A DNA stretch of 64,000 nt from Octopus sinensis. Its lineage: Eukaryota. The notes under the pieces were generated by a model, which saw only the letters and a program-made list of their open reading frames with translations, was not told where the DNA came from and made no database searches. Positions 11,756 through 25,871 of this stretch are shown here, piece by piece. A program made the position numbers and the translations under genes. Position 1 is the stretch's first letter. Each line of letters opens with the position of its first letter. The stretch spans positions 53,754,001-53,818,000 of the forward strand of contig NC_043007.1 of NCBI RefSeq assembly GCF_006345805.1, given 5' to 3'.

Positions 11756-14700
11756 TCATCATCATTATCGTTTAACGTCCACTTTCTATGCTGGCATCGG
11801 TTGGACAGTTTGACTGAGGACTGGCGAGCCAGATAGCTGCACCAGGCTCCAATCTGATTTGGCAAGGTTTCTACAGCTGGATGCCCTTCCTAACACCAAC
11901 CGCTCTGAGAGTGTAGTGGGTTCTTTTATGTGCCACCTGCACAGGAGCCAGTCCAGCGGCACTGGCAACGACCTCACTCGAATGTTGTTTTTCACGTGTC
12001 AGTGGCACAAGTGCCAGTAAGGCGATGCTGGTAATGATGTGCTTGAATGGTGCTTTTTACATGCCACCGGCATGGGAGCCAGTCAGCAGCCCTGGCAACG
12101 ATCACGCTCGGATGGTGTTCTTAGCGTTCCACTAGAATGGATGTCAGTCAGGCGGTGCTGTCATCAGCCACGTCAGTGAATTTGAATTTGATTTCACTTG
12201 CCTCAACAGGTCTTTGCAAGCAGAGTTTAGTGTTCAATGAGAGAAAGTTACACATAGTTAGGCTGGTTACACCACTGGCATAGGCCACGGGTTATGGTCT
12301 CACTTGGCTTGCTGGGTCTTCTCAAGCACAGCATATTTCCAAAGGTCTCGGTCACTAGTTATTGCCTTGGTGAGGCCTAAAGTTCGAAAGTCGTGCTTCA
12401 CCACTTCGTTCCAGGTCTTCCTGAGTCTACCTCTTCCACAGATTCCCTCAACAGCTAGGGTGTGACACTTTTTCACACAGTTACCCTCATCCATTCTCAC
12501 CACTTGATCATACCAGCACAGTCGTCTCTCTTGCACACCACATCTGATGCTTCTTAGGTGCAACTTTTCTCTCAAGGCACTTACACTTTGTCATGTATGC
12601 TCACTGACATTACACATTCAGCAGAACATACTGGCTTAATTCCTTGCAAGCTTATGCATGTCTTCAGCAGTCACAGCCCATGTTTTACTGCCATGTAGCA
12701 TGGCTGTTCATTCACATGCATCATACAGTGTACCTTTTACACTGAGTGAGAGGCCCTTTGTCACCAGAAGAGGTAGGAGCTCTGAACTTTACCTAGGCTA
12801 TTCTTATTCTAGCAGCTGCACTTTCAGAGCATCCACCCCAGCTACTGACTTGGTCACCTAGGTAATAGAAGCTGTCAACTACTTGTAATTTTTCTCCCTG
12901 GAATGAGGAAGAAGTTGTTCCCTGTACATTTTCAGTGTTTATTGCTCCTGAGCATCTGCCACATACAAAAACCATCTCCCCAGTTAGCCTTCCTTTGATA
13001 TTGCTGCACCACTTATGTGTCCATAGCTTACACTGGGTGCATCTTATAGAGTTTCTACCTAGGCCTTTTCTACAGATCGAGCAGGGCCATCTACCTGAAG
13101 GGGTTTGTGGTTTGTCTGCTTTCCTACTTATTAAGACTTTGGTTTTAGCTAGGTTACTCTAAGGCACTTTGATTCTAATCCTTGCTTCCACACCTGAAAC
13201 TTCTCCTCTAGTTCTGATAGTGACTCAGCAATTAAAGCAAGGTCATCAGCATAGAGGAACTCCCAGGTGCAACCTGTCTTGAATTCCTCCGTTAATGCCT
13301 GGAGGATTATGATAAATAGGAGGGGGCTGAGGACTGAACCTTGGTGGACCCCAACCTCTACCCTGAATTCTTCACTGTACTCGTTGCCAACCCTCACCTT
13401 ACTGACAAGCATCCCTGTACATGGCTTGCACAGCTCTCACTAACCATTCATCAGTCCCAAGTTTCCTCATTGACAACCAGATAAGGGATCGGAGGACCCT
13501 ATCGAAGGCTTTCTCCATGTCAATGAAAGCCAGGTACAGGAGTTTATCTTTGGCTAGGTATTTCTCCTACAGCTGTCTTACCAGAAATATAGCCTCAGTG
13601 GTGCTTTTCCCTGGCACAAACCCAAACTGCATCTCATCTAGACTGACCATTCTCCCTAATTAGTTGGGCTACAACCCTTTTCATGACTACCTGATCCAAC
13701 AGCTTGATACCTCTGTAATTATTTGTATCTAAAGTGTCACCTTTTCCCTTGTAGCAGTTGATTATGGTGATGCTACACCAGTCATTGGGTATGAATCTTT
13801 CATGTATCACCTGGTTAACTATACGGGTGACTATGCTATAGCCAACACTGCCAGATATTTTGAGCATCTCTGCGGTGTGTTCTGATGGGCCAGGGGCTTT
13901 ACTTGTCATCATACCCTTAATTGCTTTATCTACCAAGGCACTGTCAATTCAGATAGCTGGTCCCTCTTTTGGGTCAGTATTTGGCAGACTCCCTTTCTCC
14001 CATTCATTCTCTTTATTTAGCAACCTTTCATAGTGGTGTCTCCATACCTCTCTCTTTGCAGCCTCGTTTAATGCAAGTGAACCATCATCCATGCGAACAC
14101 ATTTCTCTCCTACCACATCACAATTCTCTCTCACACACTGTCTTGCAACACGAAATACATCAAGTCTTTGGTCCTCACGGTGCAGAACATTGGCAAATTT
14201 TTTCTTATCTGCTTCCCCTCTGGCTAAATAAACCTGTCTCCTAGCTTCCCTTCTGCCAGTCTGGTACCATTCCCTGCTACCACCATTCTTCCAATCCTTC
14301 CAAGCCTGTTTCTTTTCCCTAATAGCCCTGTCAACATTATTCCAGCACCACGTTATCTTGGGTCGAGAGGGGACTTTGCACCATCCACAGATCTGGTCAG
14401 TGGCCCTCAGCAGGTTATCCTGTAAAAACCTCCAGTTGTCTTCCACATCATATGATGTTATATCCCCCTCTATTTCGTCAAAGGCTTTGAGTAATACATC
14501 TCTGAATCGCTGTCCATTCACAGGATCTTTAAGCTTCCAGACCCTTCTCCATGTTTGGTATCCATTTAGCTCTGATCCTGAAGTCTCTAACTACTAATCT
14601 ATGTTGTGGGATACATTCTTCACCTGGGAAGGTTTTGGCATTTATAAGCAGCCATCTTTCCCTTTTCCTGGTAAGGATGTAGTTAAATTGACTAGTGTGA

Positions 14701-15575
14701 CTACCAGATTGGTAGGTGACTGTGGCTAGCAGGTTTCCTGAAGTTAGTATTGCAAACCATAAGGTCATTTGCATTGCAGAACCTCATTGCAAAAACCAAA
14801 ACCATAGCCTCCATGTATGCCATGGAAGCCTCCTGCATGTTGTCCAACATGTCCATTGAAATCACCAGCCACAAAGAGAAGGTCCCTGTTATTCGTCAAT
14901 GAGGTAGTCAGCAAGAGGTTGTCATAAAATCGATTTCTCTGTCCATCAGGCAGCCCCGGCTGAGGGGCATAGGCTGAGATAATGGTTGCTAACCCACAAT
15001 GTAGCACTAATCTAATCTGAAGTATTCTAGCGCAGACTCTGACTACCTCGATTATCTTATCAACCCATTTCTCTGCAAGAAATATACCTATGCTCCCGAC
15101 CCCGTCAGTGTTCCCTGCCCAGATCTTGTATCTATGTTCTTTGTCTGTGAGGAACCTAGCAGAACTTCCTCTCCACCTTACTTCTTGGATGCAGCACAAA
15201 TCTACACATCTTCGTTCAAGAATCTCAACAATCTCACCAGACCTACCTTTCAGTGTGCCCACGTTGAGTGTGCCAACTCTGAGGGTGTGAGAGGTGTGGG
15301 TCCGTGTGACCCTGGGATGGGAGACAGCAGTATCATGTACCTGGAAAAGAAGCTTGCATTTGGCAGAATGCATAAACAAACAACAGCCTTCAACCTGCAT
15401 ACACTACACCATTGTGCGCTATATGATTTCAACCTTACATAGGTAAGTAGGGGTTGGGATGGCATTAAGCCTTTAGAAGTGTTCATGGGAGACAACCAAA
15501 GGATGTCAGAGGATAGGGACTTCTAGAACTGGTGGTGGTGGAGGGAGGATGGGTGCACCGTGAAACATCAATACT
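11755..15575 (-). mobile_element. Near full-length degenerate RTE-clade LINE (APE endonuclease, RT, 3' UTR ending in (ATG)n)
   Basis: LRVGTLNVGTLKGR..IQEVRWRG (14765-15400); VGVHQGSVLSPLLF..YADDL (13149-13412); LRWY..VVRM (12300-12575). Many stops. Confidence 0.93.
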
Positions 15576-15593
15576 GGTATTAGAAATAACATA

Positions 15594-16390
15594 TTAATAG
15601 TAGATAGAATTTTAAAATCTTACAATATTCGGTCAGCCAATCCATGACAAAATTAGAGAAATGACTAATAGACGATGTGACAAAAGTAAATAGATGAATG
15701 AATGAGTGACAATAGGGTATTCGTGTGAACTTATGTTTGTTTTTAAAACGGAACATGAAAACTAAAAGGGGATTATGATCTGCGTTGAAATAGAGGTGAT
15801 GGATGTACTGAGGTGAAAAAAGACAAGATTTCTTATTTGAACAACATCTCTGGCTGGATTTGTATTCTTTTGGTGGGGTTACTGAAATGTAATAGGAATC
15901 CAAGAGAGCAAGTTTATATAGAGTGGGATGGTGGAGGAGGAGGTAAGTCATTGGAGAAGCAAATGGTTATCGAAACAGGGAGAGAGAGAGAGAGAGAGAG
16001 AGTGATTGGAGAAGCAAGTGGTTATCGAAACAGAGAGAGAGAGAGAGAGAGACAATGCCAGTGTTAGAACAGAACACGAAGGGGAGAGAGATAATTCTTT
16101 TGGGGTTTTTGCGAAACATAATTTTCATGAAACAACAAATTAATAGTAGATAGAATTAAAAAATCTTAGAATGTTCGTTCAGCCAATCTGTGACAAAATT
16201 AGAGAAATGACTAATAGACGATGTGACAAAAGTAAATAGATGAATGAATGAGTGACAATAGGGTATTCGTGTGAAGTAAGTTTGTTTTTAAGACGGAAGA
16301 CGAAAACTATGTTTACAGAACCAAGAGGGGATTATGATCTGTGCTGAAATAGAGGTGACAGATGTACTGAGGTAAAAAAAGACAAGATTC
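15594..16390. repeat. About 240-bp direct repeat pair enclosing an about 300-bp (GA)-containing spacer
   Basis: taatagtagatagaatt..aaaatctta..cagccaatc..tgacaaaattagagaaatgactaatagacgatgtgac occurs at about 15594 and 16141. Confidence 0.8.
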
Positions 16391-17911
16391 CTTCATAGTA
16401 GGTGTGTCTTTGTGCATGTGTTTGTCTCCCACCATCACTTGACAACCAATGTTGGTGTATTTACATCCCTGTAACTTAGCAGTTCAGTAGAAGAGACTGA
16501 TAGAATAAGTACCAGACTTTACAAAAAAATAAGTACTGGGATTGATAAGTTCAACTAAAATGGCCACAATCTAATGACTGAAACAGGTAAAAGATAAAGG
16601 ATAAAACATATATACATATGTATGTATGTATATATTGGAGCACTGGGATATGTAACACACTGCCTAAATACCAATCTTGAGAAATTAAACTTCTTAAAAT
16701 CAGAAAGGAGAAAGCTAATTCAAAGACTATAGATCCAAGCCATCATTGGAACTGTAAAAATATGTAAAACTTTCTAGAAGTTTATCATTTAAGTATGTAT
16801 GAGCATGTCTAGATTTGCAAGTATATGTATGATAAGACATACATAAAACAAAACATACAAATCTGCACATATATATACATACAAGAATACCCTGTTGTTG
16901 ATGTTGAAATTCCAATGAAGGAGCCTTGGATCTAGGTTAGAAACCAACTTTCTCTTTTGGCAAGAAATCTTCAAATAAAACCGAATAATAACATACGTAC
17001 TTTATATGCATACATACATTGTGTGTGCCCAAGATGCTAAGTGCCATACAGTAGGACTGAACTCAAAACTACATAATTGAGAAGTGACTTTCTTGACCAC
17101 ATAGCCATAAGTCATATTTATATGTGTGTGTATATGCACAAGAGACAAATGCACAGGTACAAATACTTGATGTAAATGGATAATGATACATATTAATTGA
17201 AAAATTACCATCACCTAATGGTGAAGACACTTATGAGTAGAAGTAGAGTGTCAACAAAATGGAACTTGAATTATGTTAGCTTCACTAGACTTGAGAACAT
17301 TAAGCATCATAAAGGAAGTGAAGCAAGGGTCAAATAAATGGAACTATATTCTATTGTAGAGTCATCAAATGCATGACAATATTAGAAAAGCAGCAATCCT
17401 GACTTTACATTCTAAGTTCAAATTCCACTGAGGTTGACTTTGTCTTTCATCCTTTCAGGGTCGATAAAATAATACCAGTTGAGCACTGGTGTTGATGTAA
17501 TTAACTTACCCCATCTCTCAAAATTGCTGGCCTTGTGCCAAAATTTGAAACCAATATTGGAAAATGGAAGTTAGAACAACATTAATGATAGTGGTTATGA
17601 CAACAATGATGAAAATGATGAGAAAGACACCAACACTGCTGCTGCTTGTAATAATTTGCCATAGATGAGTTTCAATCAAGCAGACCTGTGATCAACAGCA
17701 TTCCATTTCATGATCAAAACATCTTCAACCATAGTGCATTGACAATTGCATAATCCAATGAATTATTTTCTAAGATAGTAGGGTATGTTTCAAGGAAGAT
17801 TTTGTGGTTATATTTAACAAGCAAGTGACTATTATGTTTTAATAGTATTGGCAGTGGTGATGATGATGATGTAAAGTAAATAGTTAATTGTAAGTCATAA
17901 AGTAAACTTAC

Positions 17912-18149
17912 CTTTAACATATGTGGTTTGATATTTTTGTATACATGTGCCTGTCCAATTCTAAATAATACATTATTTAGAAATTGTGAGTCATCTAAAC
18001 TCTCTACAGCAGCTTCAAGACCTCGCATCACTGTTATTCCATGTCTTTGTAACATATCATTATCCACATCCCATTCCAATTCATTCTTTTCACTAATTTG
18101 AATGATTTTCGGGAAAAAGGTTTTCAACTCCTGGTCACTTTCAAAGAAA
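17912..18149 (-). CDS. Globin (neuroglobin-like), middle coding exon: B12 to G6
   Basis: Acceptor aatttcag, phase-2 start, then FFESDQELKTFFPK...MLQRHGITVMRGLEAAVESLDD...IGQAHVYKNIKPHMLK and donor gtaagt. CD1 Phe, E7 His and F8 His are present; intron positions are B12.2 and G7.0. Confidence 0.93.
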
Positions 18150-18639
18150 CTGAAATTCAAATATTTAGTAAGAGATAATAATGGATAAATATCAGTAGAG
18201 ACAGTAAGAGATGGATATTAATATCTATAACTCTATTTGGGCATTAATTTCAGAATCTTATAAAACCACTCTAATGCCCTAAAATAAGTGATACTAGATG
18301 AGAAATAACATCACAAGAATTCTCAAAGTCAATATTTAGGAAAATATTTCCAGTAAACCTAAGAGGCTCTAGTATTTAAATGCAGTATATAGTATCATTC
18401 TCAGTTCTGGTTGGATTAGGTGAAGTTCTTTAGAATTAGGTATGCTACAAAACAACAAGTGAAACAAATGTAAATTTTAACTCCAAAGCTATATGTCACT
18501 AGCTCTGTATCGTACCCATTCTGCCTCATCACTGGTAAGCTTAACTTCTGATTTGTTATCAACAAGAAGATACACAATAAATATAATGTAGATAAATTTT
18601 CAAGAGGTTTTGGTTATATTCCCAGTAGTAAGGTAAAAT

Positions 18640-19150
18640 GAAGAGAGTATATCACCTAAATGCTTCACCTGGAGACAGCATAATTCTTGCAGTAGATATG
18701 AATTCACAGTCTACATGAAGGAAGGTAAATACCTTATCTGCTTGGCCATTTTGTTTCTAGAAAAGTAAGCATTAGTAATATGCTCTGATGAATCCACACC
18801 AGACATCAAAGATTATATCTAAAGCTTTTACCTGACTGATTTGTATGAAGTTCATCATCTACACATTCCAATCTGTGGTCCACAAATGTACTCAGCTTTT
18901 TCTATTATAACTTCAATGATTTCTGCTCCTCAAAGATAGCTGATCTTGTTGGAGCTGATCTTACTTCTAGTCAGATATTCCTAACTCACCTTTCTCTCTT
19001 CCTCCCATCAGCACCCATAGTCTGTCCACCCACTGGACCTTCACTAATGAATATATTCAGTGCCTCAACCTCAGAACATCAACTCTCAAATATTTCTTCA
19101 GTAACTGTTTTCCTCACAGCTTTAAACATGCAACTATTCAAAAGAAACAT
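18640..19150 (+). mobile_element. Highly decayed LINE endonuclease-region remnant
   Basis: IILAVDMNS at about 18680 resembles the APE motif IxxGDFN; otherwise degenerate. Confidence 0.35.
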
Positions 19151-19309
19151 TAACTTTATCAATCTCACTGATCTCAGAAGCACCTAATTCCAGACTAAAC
19201 TAATAAAAAATAAGTTGCACATAAGGGCTTAACAAACTGGATAACATCAACATTTTGTTCATTTCTTATTGAAAAAAAGGTTATCAAGCAATCCGTCATT
19301 GCATCATCA

Positions 19310-20010
19310 TTGTCATCATTGTTTAATTTATGTTTTCCATGCTGGCATGGGTTGGATAGTTTGACATGGAGCTGTCCAGATTCCAATTGTCTGTTGTGGC
19401 ATGGTTTCTATGGCTAGATGTCCTTCCTAACACCAATTACTTTACAGAGTGTGCTGGGTGCTTTATCTATGCCACTAACACAGATGCATTTACACAGCAC
19501 TAACATAGGTGCATTTTATGTGGCATTGGAAGACAGCAACTTTACTTAGCTTCTCAAGTACAGCAAATCACCTTAACTCCTGGTCCCTTGTCATTTCCTC
19601 AGTGAGGCCCAACATCCAAAGATTCTTTTTCACTATTTTGCTCCATGTCTTCCTGGGTCTACCCCCTTCCACAGGTTTCCTCCACAATTATAACTCAGCA
19701 CTTCTTTACACAGCTGTCTCCATTCAAATGCATCACATGACGAAATCAGCACAATCTTCCCTCTTGCATATAACATCTGATACCTCTTATAAGTTATGCG
19801 TACTTAGAGGAAGATATCTAACCCATTTTCCTCTTAAATTATTTACACTCTGTCATGCATGCACACTGATATTACCAATCCAGTGGAGCATGCTAGCTTC
19901 ATTTCTTTCAAGCCTTCACAAGTCTTCTGTGGTCAAAGCTCATGTTTCACTGCCATGTAACATAGCTGTGTGTATACAGGCATCATACAACCTGCCTTTC
20001 ACTCTGAGGG
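19310..20010 (-). mobile_element. 3' fragment of the RTE LINE (RT C-terminus and 3' end)
   Basis: Homologous to 11760-11950 and 12300-12780 (catgtttcactgccatgtaacatagc, ctagatgtccttcctaacaccaa). Confidence 0.8.
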
Positions 20011-20619
20011 AGAGGATGCATAAACTATTACAGCATTGAAAAAGTGAAAGATATGGTACCTGAGATATTAACCTGACAAAGTAGTGTTGCTTATTTCAGT
20101 AGTAAGTGAAACATGAGCACTCAATTAGAATTAATTTTATTGCAGAATCTCTAAATTTCAAACCTAGATCAGTAATAGTAGTAGTTGTTGCTATTGATGT
20201 AGAGTACCTCAGTGAGCATGATGATCCTTATACTGTACTTATCTCTGTTCCTTATACTGTAAATTCTTGTGTTCTTTGAGATACTTTCTGTACTTAGTAA
20301 ACTGATTGTGACTCATATCTCTAGGCATTCTTTAATTCCTTCTTAGGTTAGATATCTTCCTCTAAGTACGCATAACTTTTATCAACAAAAATCTCAAAAT
20401 CATTCCAACAACCTAATCTTATTTAACAGCAACAAGAGACACTGAACATGTTGTCAAGGACATCTACAACTCCATGTTCTCCCCATTCATGATACTACAC
20501 AGCTAAATAAAACCTTTCGCAGTTTTTACAAATGCTTGACCTCAAACTCCTCACTGTCAGTATTGTCAATATTTGTCAATATAGCCACATTACTGATATA
20601 ATATTGTCATATAATACAA

Positions 20620-21010
20620 CATAGAATCAGCACTTGAAAAGAGAAGATTAGCAAGAGAAAGACAGAGAAAATGAAGATCTGATTTTAGTCAAGGACAATT
20701 AGAAGTTAAACATGAAGCAGATCTCAGATGCCAAAATGAAAAGAAAGAGTAAGCAATTGCTAAAGAAGATAATATAAGGCACAGGAAATAGGAACAATGA
20801 GATTGAGAAGATGAAAATCATTGTACCAACAGAAGATAACACAATGCTGAAAGAATAAAAGTCAATTGGTCATCAAAAACATGTTACATAGAAAGAGTTT
20901 ATAATTCAACATATAACAAGGAAAATGTTGAAAAAAATTATTGTGGAGATATGAATTTCCTGTGTCAGATTTGCATTACCAAGCATTTTCTGTCTGAACA
21001 ACCTTCTGAT
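20620..21010 (+). mobile_element. Possible Helitron N-terminal remnant
   Basis: CGDMNFLCQICITKHFLSE at about 20942-21000 resembles Helitron GxMxxxCxxCxAxHF, preceded by an R/E-rich segment. Confidence 0.4.
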
Positions 21011-22988
21011 AGCTACCTCAATAACATTGTAATGTAATTTTTCTCCTTGGGTAACAACTGTTATTTCCTATTTATTTACCCTTAGAAAGTATGAAAAATG
21101 GCTATTTCCTTCAAACTTTACTTTTGTTACATTTATTCAAACTGTAAAGAATCCCTCTCAACACATGGCTATGATATTCCCTCACTACTTTTGCTCATGA
21201 ACAGAAATGCACATATGCTCAAGTGGTTATGGTCAAGCAACTGACAAGCAAATCTGTGGTATTTACTTCAGTAACACAGCACTGAATCTGTCTGAAATGT
21301 AATGGAAAATAGGTCAGTTTCAAAACATTGATGTTCCAATCACAAAAGCAAAGTTAGAAGTAATTTCCTTTGATTTCGAGATAGAAGCAAATATTTTGTA
21401 ATGATTATCTGACCTACTCTCATCAATTTTTATACCAACATTAAATGAAAACCTTTCTCTTGATGACAGTATAATTTTTAACGCAACTCAAGTTATAGTG
21501 CTCAAGCGCACTGAACTAGAATGAGGGCTACCATGCAGCAGTCCAAAAAGAAAAAAAAGAAAACAGACAAACTTCGTAAATGCATGAAAATACCAGGGTG
21601 TTTGAGGGACCTTAACAGGATATATAACTGTCAAATTTTAATTAAAACTATATGAGAAGAAAGTTCACATCCAGAACTTTCAAATGATATATAATTTTCT
21701 TTGGAAAATATTTATTTTGACATGGAAATGATGAAGCAAACAGTGTCTTTTGGCATGTTAAAACTGTGCTTATCTCCACTGTCCAATGTACAGCATTCTA
21801 TAGTGATACCTACTTGAAGCATTGCTGTTACTTCTGTCTCATATACATCAGAGTTTATCATATATGCCTGGGCAAGTTGGCAATCTTCAGGGTCACAACA
21901 GTTACAACTGAGAGTGGGCTCTTGGTGATGTTTACAAGTGGTAAAATTCTCCATATAGGGACGCAAGTTAAAAGTCTTCCTGAAATTGTGATTTATTGTG
22001 AAATGCCAATCTAAGACAGGAATTTCATGCCTACATTAGTTTTAACATCAAGGAAGAAGGGGGGAGAACCAAATTATTTTCTTAGGTATCTTTTATGATT
22101 CATAGTTTTACTTGAAAAGTTGCAATATATCTTATCTCTAAAAGCTATTAGCTAAGGTGTTGTTATAGTAGAGAGCTGCCTTATCAAGTATCTCTTTAGG
22201 AGAAGAGAGATTTGATATCCCATTACTAACATTAACTATCAGGTTTTAAACATTGTTGGGTGGGTGACAGAACTGTTTTCTTATGTAGGAGAGTTTCTCA
22301 TTTCGCTTATGGTACAGTTTATGAGAGAGGAAGTTTAGATCAAGGGAAACATCTAATATATCAACTTTTGACAGATAAGTCATAACAGTGATTTTGAGGC
22401 ATAAATTGACTAAAGATATCCATGAGTTTTATCCTAAATCTATCAAGAGTATGACTATTAAAGTAACAAGATATTTCCAACCCATCATCTCAGTATGGAC
22501 CAACAGTGTTAAATGGGAACTAGGATTTCAGTGTTAGAGATACATATTCATATATGTGTGCGTGTGTGTGTGTATGTATATAAATACATGTGTATATATA
22601 ATCAATAATATTAATACTCCAACTTGTTGTTTTTTTACATCTGTACCTGTGGTGTGTGTCACACTTACCTCAAAGGAAGAAGTGAGTGGCAAAGCAGGAG
22701 AGAGAAGGACAGAGAGGAAGTGAGAGAGAAAGAGAGTAAATGAAAGAGTGGTGACAGCATTTTGTGTTTTTAAATGTTTATTACATCGCAAGAAAATTTG
22801 ATACATAGATACATACACACACTGTTAAATTAAAAGTGGGAGAGAGGAGGGACACAAAGAAAGTGAGAGAGACAGCAGATACATAGATTGAAAGAAAGTT
22901 GATACATAGATACATAGGCACATTGTTAAACCAAAGACAACTACAGCAAATATTGGATGTCACTTTCACTTTTCATTACCACATGAAT

Positions 22989-23818
22989 GAGTTTGATTTC
23001 GGTTCGGATGTCCCGATCAGCAAAAACTCTTCTTCGAAGCTTGCCGAAAGCTGTTCCTGCACACTTCAGACGGTGTTAGATTTCATCGCTGAGGTCTACC
23101 TTTGCTGACAGATGGCTCCCAAGGTAGCAGAAATGGTTCACATTTTCCAGTGGAATTCCTGTACACTCATGGTGTACAGGGCAGTCATTATTCCAACCCT
23201 CCTTTTCGCATCCGAAACCTGGACCCCGTATAGTCACCACCTGAAAACGCTCGAGAAATTTCACCAACGCTGTCTTCGGAAGATCCTTAACATCAGCTGG
23301 GAAGACAGAAGAACAAATGTCAGCATGCTACAAGAAGCAAAAATGACCAGCATCGAAGCCTATGTCATCAAAGGCCAACTAAGATGGAGCGGCCACATGG
23401 TTAGAATGACTGACGAACGACTTCCCAAACAGATCTTCTACTCCCAACTCAAAGACGGCAAGCGTACAAAAAGAGGCCAGAAGAAACGCTACAAGGACTC
23501 CCTGAAAACGAACCTCAAAAAGTGTGACATCGACTTCACTAACTGGGAGGAAACGGCAAAAAACAGACGACTCTGGAAAACCACCATCCATGAGGGAACG
23601 GCGACTTTCGAGTCGAAAAGGTTTGCAGAGCTGGAGGAGAAAAGACGACGACGGAAGGAGCGCCAACAACAACCACGTGCGACTCTCCCTTCCGGCACTA
23701 GATGTCCGCACTGCGACCGATCTTTTCAAGCAAGAATTGGTCTTATCGGTCACCTACGGACTCACCAGTAAATTTGTGCGAAGACCATCATCCTCGACCT
23801 TGAAGGATTGCCATCATC
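22989..23818 (+). mobile_element. 5'-truncated RTE-BovB-like LINE with an inverted 5' segment and an 11-bp target site duplication
   Basis: ORF 23112-23771 reads ..YRAVIIPTLLFASETW..LRWSGH..CPHCDR..HLRTH. 22989-23160 is the upstream RT segment in reverse. ACCACATGAAT occurs at 22978-22988 and 23819-23829. Confidence 0.9.
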
Positions 23819-25411
23819 ACCACATGAATATGACAAGGCTGGCCCCTTTGAATTACAGCTACAGCTCATTTTGACCAGCTGAGAGGACTAGAGCAAGGTA
23901 AACTTTCGAGAGGTTGGAAGAAAATGAAAAGAGATCCTATATAGGGGCAGGAAAATCTTTTTAGTTGTTAGGATCACTATGGGTGTTAATCCAGTCCTAA
24001 CAACGTCATTTGTGGGTCTTAAAGATCTTAAGGCCAAGCCCTCAGATGAACACCAATGCACAAACTGTTGTTATCAAAGTGATTGTGAGTTGAGGGCGAA
24101 GTCACTACATGATGGAATAGCAATTATTTCGTCTTAGCTTTCACTAAACACATGACATTTTTGCCTTACAATATGGAACATTTCCTTTTTTTTAGCTCTT
24201 TTTAAAAAATGGCACTGTGTTTGTTACAACGATGAGGTTCCTTTTTATCTGATCAATGGAACAGTCTGCTCATCAAATTAACAAGCAATATGTTAATTGC
24301 AGCAAGGTGAAGTAGAGTAACTTGCTCAAGAACAGAGCATGCCACTGGGAATCATATTCATGACTTTAAGACCGTGGGCCACATACCCCTAAGCCATCCA
24401 CCTTCACACTCTTAACAATAGAGAAAAAGAGTGAAGCGATAGAGAAAGGAAAGCATCAGTCATTTACAACGACAATTAGACTGAAATACGATTGATCTTT
24501 TCTAACTTCTTTACTTTTAACAATGAAGAAGAGAGAAAGACAGTTTGTAATGAATAGAGGGAAAGTCCTTCAGGTGTTTACGTTTTTATTCTGGGAGTTT
24601 TAGAATGATTCAGTGTTAGTTCTCTCTTCTTTCCCTCACCCCCGGTACTTATTCACTTTCTTTCATAGGTCTTCATGTCTTTTAGTTGGGGGGAAAGATA
24701 ATTTTTGTTTGCAGGCATGTAACATTTTCTCTAGAAACTACAAACAAACCTGCCTCCCTTCCATTTTTTTCATACAAAAATAATGCAAATTTCGAATGGG
24801 GTATACCGCCTACAAAATGGGTGGGGGAGAAAAGTTGCCAACACCAATTCAACAGAAATTCAACTCTATATTTTGAAGAGCGTCTTCTACTATATAGCCT
24901 TGGGCCAACCGAAGCCTTGTGAGTGAATTTGGTAGATGGAAACTGAAAGAAGTCCGTCATGTGTGTGTGTCTTTGTTCCCACACCACCATTGCTTGATAA
25001 CCGATGGTGTGTTTGCGCCCATGTAACTTAGCTGTTCGGCAGGCTTACAAAGAATAAGTCCAAGGGTCGATTTCTTCCACCAAAGGGTGGTGCTCCAGTA
25101 TGGCCACCCTCAAATGACTGAAACAAATAAAAGAAAAAAGAATACCAGAAGAACATCCCGTACCACTAAACCAAGAAGGTTTTTTTAATATGTACGATGT
25201 ATTTTAAGGCTTAATAACAATTCTGTTTATGTTAGTGTAACTGAGATATTTTGGTTGGAATATATAGAAAGCGGTTTTACACTTCTTTCGATATTCTATA
25301 AGTGCCACAATGCAGAAGCATTTCTCAAGGCACCAGCACACAATTTACAGATGCTTACATTTTTATATTTTCCGTGGATTTTTCATGGGTCAATCTAGTA
25401 TGTGTATATAT

Positions 25412-25483
<72 letters not shown>

Positions 25484-25769
25484 TATATATATAATAAATA
25501 CTAGCAGAGATACCCAGTGCTCCTTGGTGTTAGAATGGCAGAGTTTTTTATTGTTTTAATTGTTGGAGTCAGGTGACTGTAGCTATGATGGAGCACCGAT
25601 TTTAGTCGAAAAAATATTTGACCCCAGGATTTATTCTTTGTAAGCTTAGCATTTATTCTATCTGTGTGTTTTGTGAAACGGCTAAGTTACGGGGATGTAA
25701 ACACAGCAACATCAGTTGTCAAGCGATGGTGGGAGTACAGATACACACACGTGCACACACACACACATA

Positions 25770-25821
<52 letters not shown>

Positions 25822-25871
25822 AGTTATGAGAGGTAATAGTGTCAAGAAGACAAAACATTTATAAAGGGAAG

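Noticed and set aside
15400-15575. Search for an HDV-like ribozyme at the RTE 5' end
   Set aside because: No nested double-pseudoknot pattern recognisable in this decayed copy
18985-19020. Minus-strand ATG GGT GCT... ending AG|GTGAG, as a candidate globin exon 1 (MGADGRKRES)
   Set aside because: The phase fits, but it cannot encode helices A-B and it lies within a decayed LINE remnant
21712-21966. Cys-rich ORF (CNCCDPEDC) resembling a DNA-transposon protein fragment
   Set aside because: Too short and decayed to assign a family by eye
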